Shown: positions 1 to 9,055, counted from the stretch's first letter. The stretch is 64,000 nt of DNA from an uncultured Eubacteriales bacterium (GCA_900319345.1 ONNZ01000005.1:18581-82580), one strand, 5' to 3'. The notes: generated by a model from the sequence alone, not told the origin. Program-made: numbers and translations.

Positions 1-1121
1 TTCACCCGATCCGACTGGTTCGTGATGACGAAATTCCATCCAAACAGGGTCGCACTGTCGCCGCCCATGGAATGGGCGCCGATATTGTCGGGGTCGAGCT
101 TGTATCCAAAGAGGGCCAAAGCTGCGGTCTGCTCGGGCGTACAGTTGGTAAACAGCGCGCCGTCAAAGGCAGCCAATATTTCCGGCACCTTCAGCACCAT
201 GTTCTCTTCCTTCATCTTTTTAAAGATGGTCACCATCATATTCTTCTGGCGATTGACCCGGTTGCTGTCACCTGTGGGCAATTGCCCGTGTCCGGCCTTG
301 CGCACCCGCATGTAGTCCAGGCAGGCCTGTCCATCCATGAATTGGAACCCGGCCTTATAGTATCGGCCGCCGTTGTCGAAATCGCCTTCCAAATTATACC
401 AGACGCCGCCCACGATATCCACGATCTGCTTGACCGATTCCATGGTCACGGCATAATAGTAGTCCACGTCGATGCCGCCCAGCATCCATTCAGCGGCTTC
501 GCATACCTTGTCGAACCCCTCCCCGTTCTCGCAGAACAGACCGTAATTCTTGCCGTCCGTGCCGCAGTTCAGGGCGGCGTTCAGCTTGTATACACCCTTC
601 ACGCCAGGGATATTTGCATAGGTGTCCCGGGGCAGGGAGATGAGGTCTACCCGGTTTTCATTGAAGTTGACCGCACAGACGATCATCACGTCCGAATGGA
701 AGGAGTTGCCTCCTTTCCCGGCCCAGCTCTTATCGATCCTGGCCGCCTCGTAGTCCACGCCGATGAACATGATGTTGACGATCCCGTTCATCATGCTGGT
801 ATCGGCCACTTGGGAAAGCTCTTCATACGGATCCAGTGTGGGCGCCGGCGTGATCACAGGCTCTTCGGTCGGTACGGGCGTAGGCTCCTCCGTTGGCACG
901 GCAGCGGCGGTCGGAACGACGATGGGCGCGGACGTAGCCTTTGTCGGAACGGGCGTAGCTTGAACGGTCTGCTCTTCCTTCGCGAACAGATCCTGACCCG
1001 AGAACAGTACGCCGGATATCTTCCCTCCCAGCAGTACGCCCATAGCAATGGCCAGGATGGCCACCGCGGCGAGTATAGCGAAAGTATAGATGCGTTTATT
1101 CTTATTGGAAACGTTTCCCAT
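1..1121 (-). CDS. LCP (LytR-CpsA-Psr) family protein, 3' end runs off the window
   Basis: Missing from the ORF track (no stop in window). Manual translation from ATG 1121 (SD AAGGAG): N-terminal TM, P/T-rich linker, then VNIMFIGVD...HSDVMIVCAVNFNENRVDLISLPRDTY...KLNAA, typical LCP motifs. Confidence 0.85.
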   Translation of the reverse strand, partial: MGNVSNKNKRIYTFAILAAVAILAIAMGVLLGGKISGVLFSGQDLFAKEEQTVQATPVPTKATSAPIVVPTAAAVPTEEPTPVPTEEPVITPAPTLDPYEELSQVADTSMMNGIVNIMFIGVDYEAARIDKSWAGKGGNSFHSDVMIVCAVNFNENRVDLISLPRDTYANIPGVKGVYKLNAALNCGTDGKNYGLFCENGEGFDKVCEAAEWMLGGIDVDYYYAVTMESVKQIVDIVGGVWYNLEGDFDNGGRYYKAGFQFMDGQACLDYMRVRKAGHGQLPTGDSNRVNRQKNMMVTIFKKMKEENMVLKVPEILAAFDGALFTNCTPEQTAALALFGYKLDPDNIGAHSMGGDSATLFGWNFVITNQSDRV

Positions 1122-1192
1122 ACCAGTTCTCCTTATTCGTTATCAGTATCATATACTGGAAGGGGTGTTCTTTCTACCCAAACACCCTTGAT

Positions 1193-1220
1193 ATTACAAA
1201 CAGTTTACAAATCTGTGACA
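1193..1220 (-). promoter_or_regulatory. WalR/OmpR-type direct-repeat box
   Basis: Minus strand TGTCAC-N5-TGTAAA-N5-TGTAAT; the last two hexamers match the WalR consensus TGTWAH-N5-TGTWAH. Lies between divergent envelope genes. Confidence 0.55.
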
Positions 1221-1297
1221 TGTTCAAGCTTTTTCCTCTTTCTTTTTTGGGGCTCTGTGGTATAATGAGGAAAGTTTTTTAGGAGACATACCAGTAT

Positions 1298-2329
1298 ATG
1301 ATAATCGTGATCCCCGCCTACCAGCCAGACGAAAAGCTGACCGGTGTGGTGGACACCTTGATTTCCAAGACGAAATTTCCCATCGTGATCGTGGATGACG
1401 GCAGCCAGGCTGACTGTCAGCCTATCTTTGCATCCTTGTCCGAGAAGGAACAGGTGACCGTTCTGCACCACGAGGTGAACCGGGGCAAGGGTGCCGCCAT
1501 GAAGACGGCATTCCAATATGTGTACGACAACTGCCCTGATGCGGAGGGCGTGATCACCGTGGATGCTGACGGACAGCATCTTCCTGACGACGTGCTGCGC
1601 GTGGCAGAGGCCTTCCGTTCCCATCGGGATGCTCTCGTCACCGGCTCCCGTCGCTTCACCGGCAACGTTCCTTTCAAGAGCCGCGCTGGAAACGCCATCA
1701 CCCGATTCGTGTTCGCCATCTCCACCGGTGTCAAGGTCTACGACACACAGACGGGCCTGCGCGCCTTTTCCCGGGAAAACATCCCCCGCATGCTTTCCTT
1801 GAAAGGAGATCGGTACGAGTACGAGATCAGCCAGCTCCTCTACTGCTGTCGGGAGCTTATCCCCATCGTAGAGGTGCCCATCGAGACCGTCTATATCGAA
1901 GACAACGCCTCCTCCCACTTCCGGGCGCTGCGGGACGGCTGGCGCATCTATAAGATGATCCTGATGTTCGTCAGCTCATCGTTGTTGAGCTTCCTCCTGG
2001 AATACATCGTATTCCTGTTTCTGATATGGCTCACCAGGAACTGGGCGCAAACGACCTCCATTTTCTTCTCCACCGCTGTTTCCAGGGTGTTGAGCTCCAT
2101 CTTCAACTACCTGTACAATAAGCGGCTGGTGTTCGAATCTGCCAACAGGACCAGTTTCCTCCGCTATACGGTGCTGGCGCTGTTCATCTTTGGATGCCAT
2201 TATGGACTGCTGTATCTGTTCACGGTTATATGCGGCATACCGGAATGGATCTCCTATGCCCTCGTCCAGCTGATCGTCTACCCCATGAGCTTCGTGCTTC
2301 AACGTAAATTCGTGTTTTGTAAAGGATAA
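1298..2329 (+). CDS. Bifunctional GT2 glycosyltransferase / GtrA-like flippase
   Basis: VIPAY, VDDGS, NRGKG, DADGQH and DTQTGLR motifs; C-terminal ~4-TM GtrA-like region; SD AGGAG and TGTGGTATAAT upstream. Confidence 0.9.
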   Translation: MIIVIPAYQPDEKLTGVVDTLISKTKFPIVIVDDGSQADCQPIFASLSEKEQVTVLHHEVNRGKGAAMKTAFQYVYDNCPDAEGVITVDADGQHLPDDVLRVAEAFRSHRDALVTGSRRFTGNVPFKSRAGNAITRFVFAISTGVKVYDTQTGLRAFSRENIPRMLSLKGDRYEYEISQLLYCCRELIPIVEVPIETVYIEDNASSHFRALRDGWRIYKMILMFVSSSLLSFLLEYIVFLFLIWLTRNWAQTTSIFFSTAVSRVLSSIFNYLYNKRLVFESANRTSFLRYTVLALFIFGCHYGLLYLFTVICGIPEWISYALVQLIVYPMSFVLQRKFVFCKG

Positions 2330-3529
2330 ATGCAGCAAATGAGAAAAACCAGTAAAAAGCGGATCCTGCGCATGGTCATCCTGGACCTACTAGGCTTTTG
2401 TGTGCTCGCGTATCTGGTCTGTGCACAGGTCTTCCACTTCTTCCCCTGGAAGCCGGTGGAGATCGACTTGACGGATTTCAACAGTGCCAACGCCAGCGTC
2501 GTGGCCGCCAGCACCCCTGCCCCCACCGATACGCCTGCCCCTACCCCCGTACTGACGGATACGCCTGCGCCAACTGACGCTCCTGACGGGACAGACGATC
2601 CTTCCGCCGAGACTCCCGCGCCGACGGATACGCCTGAACCGACGGAAACGCCGGAGCCGACGCCCGAACCGACTCCGGAACCTAAGGGACTGCTCAAGGG
2701 CAAATATGCCGAGAAGTTCTCTCCGGATCAGGTGATCTCCAACGATAACGAGTATCGCAGCGAGAACATCGCCATCGAGCTCACCCAGGTGGAAGGCTAT
2801 TACTGCCGCAGCTGTACCCACGTTTCCAAGACGTGGCCCAACTGCGAGTACTGCGGCACCGAGCTAAGGAAAGGCGATTACGTTCCCTACACTGTCGCCG
2901 ACATCTATCTGCAGGATATCAATTGCTTCCGCACCAGCATTGCGCCCAGCTTTGAAAAGAACCTTCCTGTATGGGCCATGTGCAAGGAACAAAAAGGCAT
3001 CCTGGCCATCAATACGGATTTCTATCTGAATGCCTATGGCAACCAGCACGGCTGGTTCGTCCGCAACGGCGTCACGATCAAGCGGTTCAAGAAGATCGAC
3101 TTCGATCTTGCCATCCTCTATCCTGACGGTGTTTTCGACACCATCGACGTATCCACAGAGACCTACTCTCCCGAAGAGATCGAGGCCGCGAACCCCTATC
3201 AGATCTGGTTCTTCGGTCCCGCGCTGCTCACCCGGGACGGCCAGCCCAAGACCAAGTTCACCATGGAGAAGATCGTGGGCGATCCCAATCCTCGTTCCAT
3301 CATCGGCTACTACGAGCCGGGGCATTACTGCTTCATCGCCGTCAATGGCCGTGGCAAGCTCAGAGGATTATCGTTGTCCGAAGCGTCCCAGCTCTGCGCG
3401 GACATGGGCCTGACGGCTGCCTATAACATGGATGGCGGTGCATCTTCAGGCATGTGCTTCAATGGCAAGAACTACGGCAACAACGGCCGCGCCACCAGCG
3501 ATATCGCCTATATCATCGAACCAAGCTAA
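2330..3529 (+). CDS. Phosphodiester glycosidase (NAGPA) family membrane-anchored protein
   Basis: N-terminal TM, P/T/E linker, ILAINTDFY, FGPALL, NPRSIIG, AYNMDGGASS motifs. Confidence 0.85.
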   Translation: MQQMRKTSKKRILRMVILDLLGFCVLAYLVCAQVFHFFPWKPVEIDLTDFNSANASVVAASTPAPTDTPAPTPVLTDTPAPTDAPDGTDDPSAETPAPTDTPEPTETPEPTPEPTPEPKGLLKGKYAEKFSPDQVISNDNEYRSENIAIELTQVEGYYCRSCTHVSKTWPNCEYCGTELRKGDYVPYTVADIYLQDINCFRTSIAPSFEKNLPVWAMCKEQKGILAINTDFYLNAYGNQHGWFVRNGVTIKRFKKIDFDLAILYPDGVFDTIDVSTETYSPEEIEAANPYQIWFFGPALLTRDGQPKTKFTMEKIVGDPNPRSIIGYYEPGHYCFIAVNGRGKLRGLSLSEASQLCADMGLTAAYNMDGGASSGMCFNGKNYGNNGRATSDIAYIIEPS

Positions 3530-3542
3530 GGAGAAGATTGAC

Positions 3543-3848
3543 ATGAAAAAGAAGAATTCCGTTCCTCGCTGGCTTCAGATCGTCTCCACGATCGTCGCCA
3601 ATACCGCTATTGTTCTGTCCATCGTGTATATCGTGTTCTACATTCTTGACCGCTTCAACCCCATGCTCCACTTCCTGGGCGAGCAGGTCTTCGTGTCCCG
3701 GTATCTGGACGTGATCATCGCCGCCCTGGCGCTGATCCTGGGCATCCTCTTTCTCATCTGCACCTGGAAGATCTTCTATGGCAAGAAGGGCAAGAAGGTC
3801 AAGCGTCAACCTCGTCCGCAGTATGACGAGGAGTACCCCGAGGAATGA
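3543..3848 (+). CDS. Small two-TM membrane protein
   Basis: SD AAGGAG then ATG 3543 (MKKKNSVPRW); two hydrophobic helices. Confidence 0.75.
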   Translation: MKKKNSVPRWLQIVSTIVANTAIVLSIVYIVFYILDRFNPMLHFLGEQVFVSRYLDVIIAALALILGILFLICTWKIFYGKKGKKVKRQPRPQYDEEYPEE

Positions 3849-3871
3849 TCTGACAGTCTTATAGTAAACGG

Positions 3872-3899
3872 AAACGGACGGGAGGACCCGTCCGTTTTT
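3872..3899. terminator. Bidirectional intrinsic terminator
   Basis: AAACGGACGGG-AGGA-CCCGTCCGTTTTT between convergent genes. Confidence 0.8.
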
Positions 3900-3911
3900 C
3901 TCTGCTAAAGA

Positions 3912-5147
3912 TCAGTCCTGAGGCTTTGGTGCTCGTTTCCGATTCAGGTAGACGTCCAGCTTGTCCTTGATCTTCTCTGGGATCTCCCGCTTCACGGGGC
4001 AGCGGACGGCGTTGGCCATGCGTCCGGTAAAACCTGCGATGAACTCTATATCCGTCAGCACCTGCTGCGGGGAAACGATGGCTGGCGTATCGTACCGTTC
4101 ATGGATGGATCCGGCGGTGGGCGGTGCCAGCCGCGCAAAGGAAAGGCTGGGAACTCCCTTGTCCGCAAAGGGCGTGGAGTCGCTGGAATAGACGCCGCTA
4201 CGGGCGGCCACAGGGAACCCGAGCTCGTCCGCCGTATATTCGAGGAAGGAAACCAGGCGCTCCTCTGCGGAGCAGCAGGCGATGAATTTGCCCATGATGC
4301 TGCCGATCATGTCCAGGTTTATGTTCAACACCACCTTTTCCAGCTCCCCTTCATGGTCGGCGCAGTAGGCTTTGGAGCCCAAAAGGCCCAACTCTTCTCC
4401 GCCGCACCAGATGAACCGAAGGCCCCGCCGATGAGGCGCTTTCACGAACTGTTCCGCTACGCCCAGGATACCGATGGACCCGGTCATGTTGTCGTAGCTG
4501 CCGCAGGACAGGGGTGTGGAATCGTAGTGGGCTGTCAGTACCACCCACTCGTCGATCTCCCCGGGGAGTTCTCCGATCAGGTTATGGGCCTTTCCCTCAT
4601 ATGACTCCTGGTCGATCTCGATACAGGCGGACTTACTTCCCTTGGCCACGATGTCCATGGCGTCCTTCACGTTGATATTCACGCCCAGAAGAAGCTTTCC
4701 CAGGCTGGTGGAGGGCCGCAGCGTCTTTTGATCGATATCCCGATCGGGACAATTATACCGCCCCGTGAAGGTGATGAACCCCAGGGCGCCGTTCTTGAGC
4801 ATGTCCTGATAGGTCCACATCTTCAGCGGCTGATCCGTCAGCACGATGTGGTCCCTACACAGGGACAGAGATAGATCGTCCGTGCTCCGAAGGTAATAGA
4901 GCGGCGCCTCCACTTTCCCGCTGCCGCAGCCGATATAGGCCTTGCAGTGGTACTCCTTCCCGTCCACCGTAAGGGTAGCGGATCGGATGTTGGAACGCTC
5001 CAAGGGGAACGCTTCTACCCTTGTCTCCAAGCCAACCTTGCGGCATCTTTCCTGCAGGTATTGCAGGCATTTCATCTCTTCCGGGGAGGCCGCTGTATGG
5101 GGATACGCCGTATCCTTCAAAATCTGTTTCACGTCTCTGCTGTTCAT
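3912..5147 (-). CDS. M28 family aminopeptidase with PA-like domain
   Basis: AHYDS, YDNMTG, GEELGLLGS, NLDMIG, SSDS and SIHERYDT metal-binding motifs. Confidence 0.88.
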   Translation of the reverse strand: MNSRDVKQILKDTAYPHTAASPEEMKCLQYLQERCRKVGLETRVEAFPLERSNIRSATLTVDGKEYHCKAYIGCGSGKVEAPLYYLRSTDDLSLSLCRDHIVLTDQPLKMWTYQDMLKNGALGFITFTGRYNCPDRDIDQKTLRPSTSLGKLLLGVNINVKDAMDIVAKGSKSACIEIDQESYEGKAHNLIGELPGEIDEWVVLTAHYDSTPLSCGSYDNMTGSIGILGVAEQFVKAPHRRGLRFIWCGGEELGLLGSKAYCADHEGELEKVVLNINLDMIGSIMGKFIACCSAEERLVSFLEYTADELGFPVAARSGVYSSDSTPFADKGVPSLSFARLAPPTAGSIHERYDTPAIVSPQQVLTDIEFIAGFTGRMANAVRCPVKREIPEKIKDKLDVYLNRKRAPKPQD

Positions 5148-5229
5148 CAGGGTCACCTGCCTTTCTTATGAAACATGATACCATAGCAATACATATCTAA
5201 CAAGTGCAAATCATTTTCAAAAAAAGGAC

Positions 5230-5258
5230 TTGCAAATTGCAAAACGATGCTGTATAAT
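5230..5258 (+). promoter_or_regulatory. Sigma-A promoter of tRNA-Val
   Basis: TTGCAA-N17-TATAAT. Confidence 0.8.
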
Positions 5259-5271
5259 CTTGCTTGCGCGT

Positions 5272-5348
5272 GGGGATGTAGCTCAGCTGGTTAGAGCGCT
5301 GTGTTCACATCGCAGAGGTCTAGGGTTCGAGTCCCTACATCCCCACCA
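5272..5348 (+). tRNA. tRNA-Val(CAC)
   Basis: GGGGATG/CATCCCC acceptor stem, anticodon arm CTGTG-TTCACAT-CGCAG, GTTCGAGT T-loop, encoded CCA. Confidence 0.96.
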
Positions 5349-5542
5349 ATAAAAAACCACCTTTTCAGGTGGTTTTTTATTGGTGGGGATGTAGGGCTCG
5401 AACGGGTTCGGTAGTGAATGGAGCGCCAGTGGCGCTCCAGAGCCGAACCCCGACCAAGCCCGCAGGCGCGAATTCGAGTCCCTGAAGCTTCATCTACCAT
5501 TACACCTCCAAGCCCGCAGGCGCGAATTCGAGTCCCTACATC
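5349..5542. repeat. tRNA-associated composite palindromic element, copy A
   Basis: Inverted repeat 5325-5362/5367-5403; core hairpin 5404-5450; 30-bp direct repeats 5454-5483 and 5508-5537. Confidence 0.85.
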
Positions 5543-5552
5543 TTTTATATTT

Positions 5553-6677
5553 TCATTCAAACAGCTCCGCCGCTTTCTCCATATGCACCGCCGACTCGAT
5601 ATGCTGTGGGCAGATATCCAAACACTGTCCGCAGCCCACACAGGCGGACGCAAGCCCCTTCTCCCGGGTCCTAAACCCGTAGCTGCGCTTGGCGCTCTCC
5701 AGGGAACCGAAGCGAGCGTATTCGTTCAACAGATCCAGGATGGCCGGGATATCGATGTTCGCCGGGCAGCCCTCCACGCAGTATTTGCATCCCGTGCAGG
5801 GGATGGCCCCGGCCGCCCGCAGCATATCGGCAGCCTGTGTCAGCAAAGCCTGCTCCGCGTCCGATAGGGGGGTTATATGGCTGAACAGGGCCACGTTCTC
5901 CTCCAGCTGCTGGAAGGTGGACATACCGGAAAGAACCATGGCTACACCCGGCAACCCCGCTACGAACCGCAAAGCCCAGGAAGCTAAGGTCGCTTTAGGA
6001 TCAGCTTCCTTCAACAGCGGCGCGCACACCGCCTTTTCCGACGCAAGGCTACCGCCTCGGACAGGCTCCATGACGATGACGGGCTTGCCGTGTTTCTGCG
6101 CCACCTCGTAGCAGCGGCGGGACTGGACCTCCTGATCCTCCCAGTCCGCATAGTTGATCTGGAGCTGGACGAACTCCGCTTCCGGAAGGTCGGTCAACAT
6201 CCGGTCCAGCACCTCCGGCGAATCGTGGAAGGAGAACCCCAGCCGACGGATCCGTCCCCTCTCCTTCTCCTGGAGCAAGTACGGCCACACTTGCAGCTCC
6301 TTGACCTTCTCAAGGCGTTCCGCGCCCATGGCGTGTAGCAGATAAAAGTCGAAATAGCCGGCCCCGGTCCGTTCCAGCTGCTCCTCGAAGGTGGCGAGGG
6401 CATCCGGGGATTCCTTCAGCTTATAGACCGGCATCTTGTCGGCCAGCAAAAAGCTCTCCCGAGGATGGCGCTCCACCAGTACCTTCTTGACGGCGCGCTC
6501 GGAGAAACCGTTATGATAGGGATACGCCGTGTCGAAGTAGGTGAAGCCCTGCTGCAGAAAGTGATCGGCCATCTTGCATACCAGCTCGATATCGATGTCT
6601 TCGCCCTTGCCGTTCAGAACGGGCAGCCGCATCAATCCGAACCCCAGTTTTTTTGTATTTTCGGGAAGAAATGCCAT
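5553..6677 (-). CDS. Aldo/keto reductase with C-terminal 4Fe-4S dicluster
   Basis: LGFGLMRLP, YFDTAYPY, GFSFH, MEPVRGG; CTGCKYCVEGCP and CVGCGQCLDICP. Confidence 0.92.
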   Translation of the reverse strand: MAFLPENTKKLGFGLMRLPVLNGKGEDIDIELVCKMADHFLQQGFTYFDTAYPYHNGFSERAVKKVLVERHPRESFLLADKMPVYKLKESPDALATFEEQLERTGAGYFDFYLLHAMGAERLEKVKELQVWPYLLQEKERGRIRRLGFSFHDSPEVLDRMLTDLPEAEFVQLQINYADWEDQEVQSRRCYEVAQKHGKPVIVMEPVRGGSLASEKAVCAPLLKEADPKATLASWALRFVAGLPGVAMVLSGMSTFQQLEENVALFSHITPLSDAEQALLTQAADMLRAAGAIPCTGCKYCVEGCPANIDIPAILDLLNEYARFGSLESAKRSYGFRTREKGLASACVGCGQCLDICPQHIESAVHMEKAAELFE

Positions 6678-6803
6678 ATGATCGCCTCCGTTTTTGTTTA
6701 TATTGTACAAAAATAGCGTTTCACCGTCAAGAAAATATAAGATTGCACTTTCAAATACGATCGATCTGTGATACTATATGCCATCATGTGTTTCGAGGTC
6801 GCT

Positions 6804-7736
6804 ATGCTTTACATCCTTATTCCCATCTGTCTGTTGCTTCTGTTGCTCCTGGGCGCCAGCTTCTATGCCTTTGAAAGAGGCAGCACCCGGCGAGACAGGA
6901 CCGAGCTCTTTCGCGTGACCAGCGTGGTCCCCTCCGGCCGATACGCCTTCCGGGACCAGATGCAGCAGGGCGTGGACTGGTATGAGAGCCAGCCTAAGAC
7001 GGAGCTCCATATCACCAGCCGGGACGGGCTTGCCTTGACTGCGGAATTGCTGGAAGCGGAGAATCCCATCGGCCTTATAGTGGCGGTCCACGGCTTTCGC
7101 TCCTGGCCCGCCCGTGAGTTCGCCAAGGTCGCCCAGCATCTGTACGAGGAAGGATACACCGTGCTCTACCCCTATATGCGTGCCCATCGCAAGAGCGAGG
7201 GCAAGTATATCACCTTCGGCGTGAAGGAGCGATACGATATCGCCGCCTGGGCCAAGCTCCTTTCCGACAAACATCCCGATCTGCCCCTGTTCCTTTACGG
7301 CCAAAGCATGGGCGGCGCCACGGTGATCATGGCTTCCGGCCTGGATCTGCCCAAACAAACCCGTGGCATCATCGCCGATTCCGCCTTCCACTCCCCGCGG
7401 GACGTGATCGCCACCGCCCTTACCAATGCTTACAAGGTCCCCGTCTTCCCCATGCTCCCCGCCATGGACATGTGGGCCAGGATCATCGCCGGATACTCTT
7501 TGACCGCCACCACCTGCCGGGAGGCGCTGGATAAGACGGATCTCCCCTTCCTGTTCATCCATGGAAAGCTGGACGAGCTGGTCCCTTATGACATGGGATA
7601 TCAGAACTACGTGGAGTGCCATACGGAGAAGGAGATGCTCACCGTGGAAACGGCTGCCCACTGCGCGTGCTGCTACGTGGACCCCGTGGGCTATATGACG
7701 TATCTGGACGATTTTCTCAAAAAATATACAAAATGA
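6804..7736 (+). CDS. Membrane-anchored alpha/beta hydrolase
   Basis: N-terminal TM, HGF, GQSMGG nucleophile elbow, IHGKLDELVP, AAH. Confidence 0.88.
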   Translation: MLYILIPICLLLLLLLGASFYAFERGSTRRDRTELFRVTSVVPSGRYAFRDQMQQGVDWYESQPKTELHITSRDGLALTAELLEAENPIGLIVAVHGFRSWPAREFAKVAQHLYEEGYTVLYPYMRAHRKSEGKYITFGVKERYDIAAWAKLLSDKHPDLPLFLYGQSMGGATVIMASGLDLPKQTRGIIADSAFHSPRDVIATALTNAYKVPVFPMLPAMDMWARIIAGYSLTATTCREALDKTDLPFLFIHGKLDELVPYDMGYQNYVECHTEKEMLTVETAAHCACCYVDPVGYMTYLDDFLKKYTK

Positions 7737-7804
7737 CTCTTGCATTAAACGGCCTTTTACAGTAGAATGTTCAGCATTGATGCAAACACCAAAGGAGAAC
7801 AATA

Positions 7805-9055
7805 ATGGATAAACTCATTGGCGCCTGCCTGGTCGCTCAGTCCGGCGGGCCCACAGCTGTCATCAACGCCAGTGCGTACGGCGTGATCCGTACCGCCCTG
7901 GATAGCGATTCTATCACCCACGTCTACGGCGCTGCCCATGGCATCAAGGGCGTATTGGACGATATCCTCTACGATCTCGATCAGGAAGACGAGCACGAGC
8001 TGCGCCTCCTGCTTAACACCCCCTCCGCCTCCCTGGGCTCCTGCCGCTATAAGCTGAAGGACTACACGGAGGACGACACCGACTTCCGCCGGATCCTGGA
8101 AGTGTTCAAGAAGCACGACATCCGCTACTTCTTCTATATCGGCGGCAACGACTCCATGGACACCTGCAACAAGATCAGCAAGTTCTTCCAGCAGGAAAAC
8201 TACCTCTGCCGGGTCATCGGCGTACCCAAGACCGTGGACAACGACCTGTACGGCACGGACCACTGCCCGGGCTTCGCCTCCGCCGCCAAGTACGTCATCA
8301 CCAGCTGCATGGAGATGCGCCGCGACTGCAACGTGTACGACTACTTCTCGGTACTTATCGTGGAGGTCATGGGCCGTCACGCCGGATGGCTGGCCGGTGC
8401 TGCCGGCGTCGCCACCGCCACGGGCGACGGACCGGATCTGGTGTACATGCCGGAGACGGATTTCGACATGGGCCAGTTCCTGACGGACGTGAAGCGGGTC
8501 ATGGACGAGCGGGGCGACTGCATGGTGGTGGTCTCCGAGGGTATCCATGACAAGAACGGCGTCTTCATCGCGGAATACGGCGCCGCTGTCGCCAACACCG
8601 ACAGCTTCGGCCATAAGCAGCTGGGCGGCGTGGCCGCCACGTTGGTGAGCTACGTAAAAGCCAAGCTGGGCGTGAAGAAGATCCGCGGCGTGGAGCTGTC
8701 CCTGCTGCAGCGCTGCTCCTCCCATTTTGCCTCTGCCACAGATATCAACGAATCCTTTGCCGCCGGTCGCGCGGCGGTGAAGGCCGCCGTCAACGGCATG
8801 TCTGACAAGATGATGGCCTTCCATCGCCATATGGACGTGTACGGCGACTATGCCTGCGACGTGGTCCCCGAGGACCTGTCCCTGGCGGCCAACACGGAGA
8901 AGAAGGTGCCCCGGGAATGGATCAACGAGGCCGGCAATGGCGTCACCCAGGAGTTCGTGGACTACGTGCTGCCCCTCATCCAGGGCACGCCCAATCTGCC
9001 CCTCGAAAACGGTCTCCCCCGCTTCGCCCGGTTGAAGCGGATCGTCGTCAAATAA
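7805..9055 (+). CDS. pfp: 6-phosphofructokinase, probably PPi-dependent
   Basis: QSGGPTAVINAS, GGNDSMDT, PKTVDNDL, EVMGRHAGW. Confidence 0.88.
   Translation: MDKLIGACLVAQSGGPTAVINASAYGVIRTALDSDSITHVYGAAHGIKGVLDDILYDLDQEDEHELRLLLNTPSASLGSCRYKLKDYTEDDTDFRRILEVFKKHDIRYFFYIGGNDSMDTCNKISKFFQQENYLCRVIGVPKTVDNDLYGTDHCPGFASAAKYVITSCMEMRRDCNVYDYFSVLIVEVMGRHAGWLAGAAGVATATGDGPDLVYMPETDFDMGQFLTDVKRVMDERGDCMVVVSEGIHDKNGVFIAEYGAAVANTDSFGHKQLGGVAATLVSYVKAKLGVKKIRGVELSLLQRCSSHFASATDINESFAAGRAAVKAAVNGMSDKMMAFHRHMDVYGDYACDVVPEDLSLAANTEKKVPREWINEAGNGVTQEFVDYVLPLIQGTPNLPLENGLPRFARLKRIVVK

Noticed and set aside
72-1265. 397-aa plus-strand ORF
   Set aside because: Antisense shadow of the minus-strand LCP gene that the ORF track missed.
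5381-5403. Second tRNA gene on the minus strand
   Set aside because: Only T-loop to CCA is present; no D-arm or anticodon arm.
5454-5537. 30-bp direct repeats (and 28-bp repeats at 62778-62866) as mini-CRISPR arrays
   Set aside because: Only two units each, repeats differ between loci and contain tRNA sequence, and there are no cas genes.
5291-5867. ORFs spanning tRNA-Val and the repeat element (also 62635-63426)
   Set aside because: They overlap tRNAs or real genes; the repeated peptide only reflects the DNA repeat.
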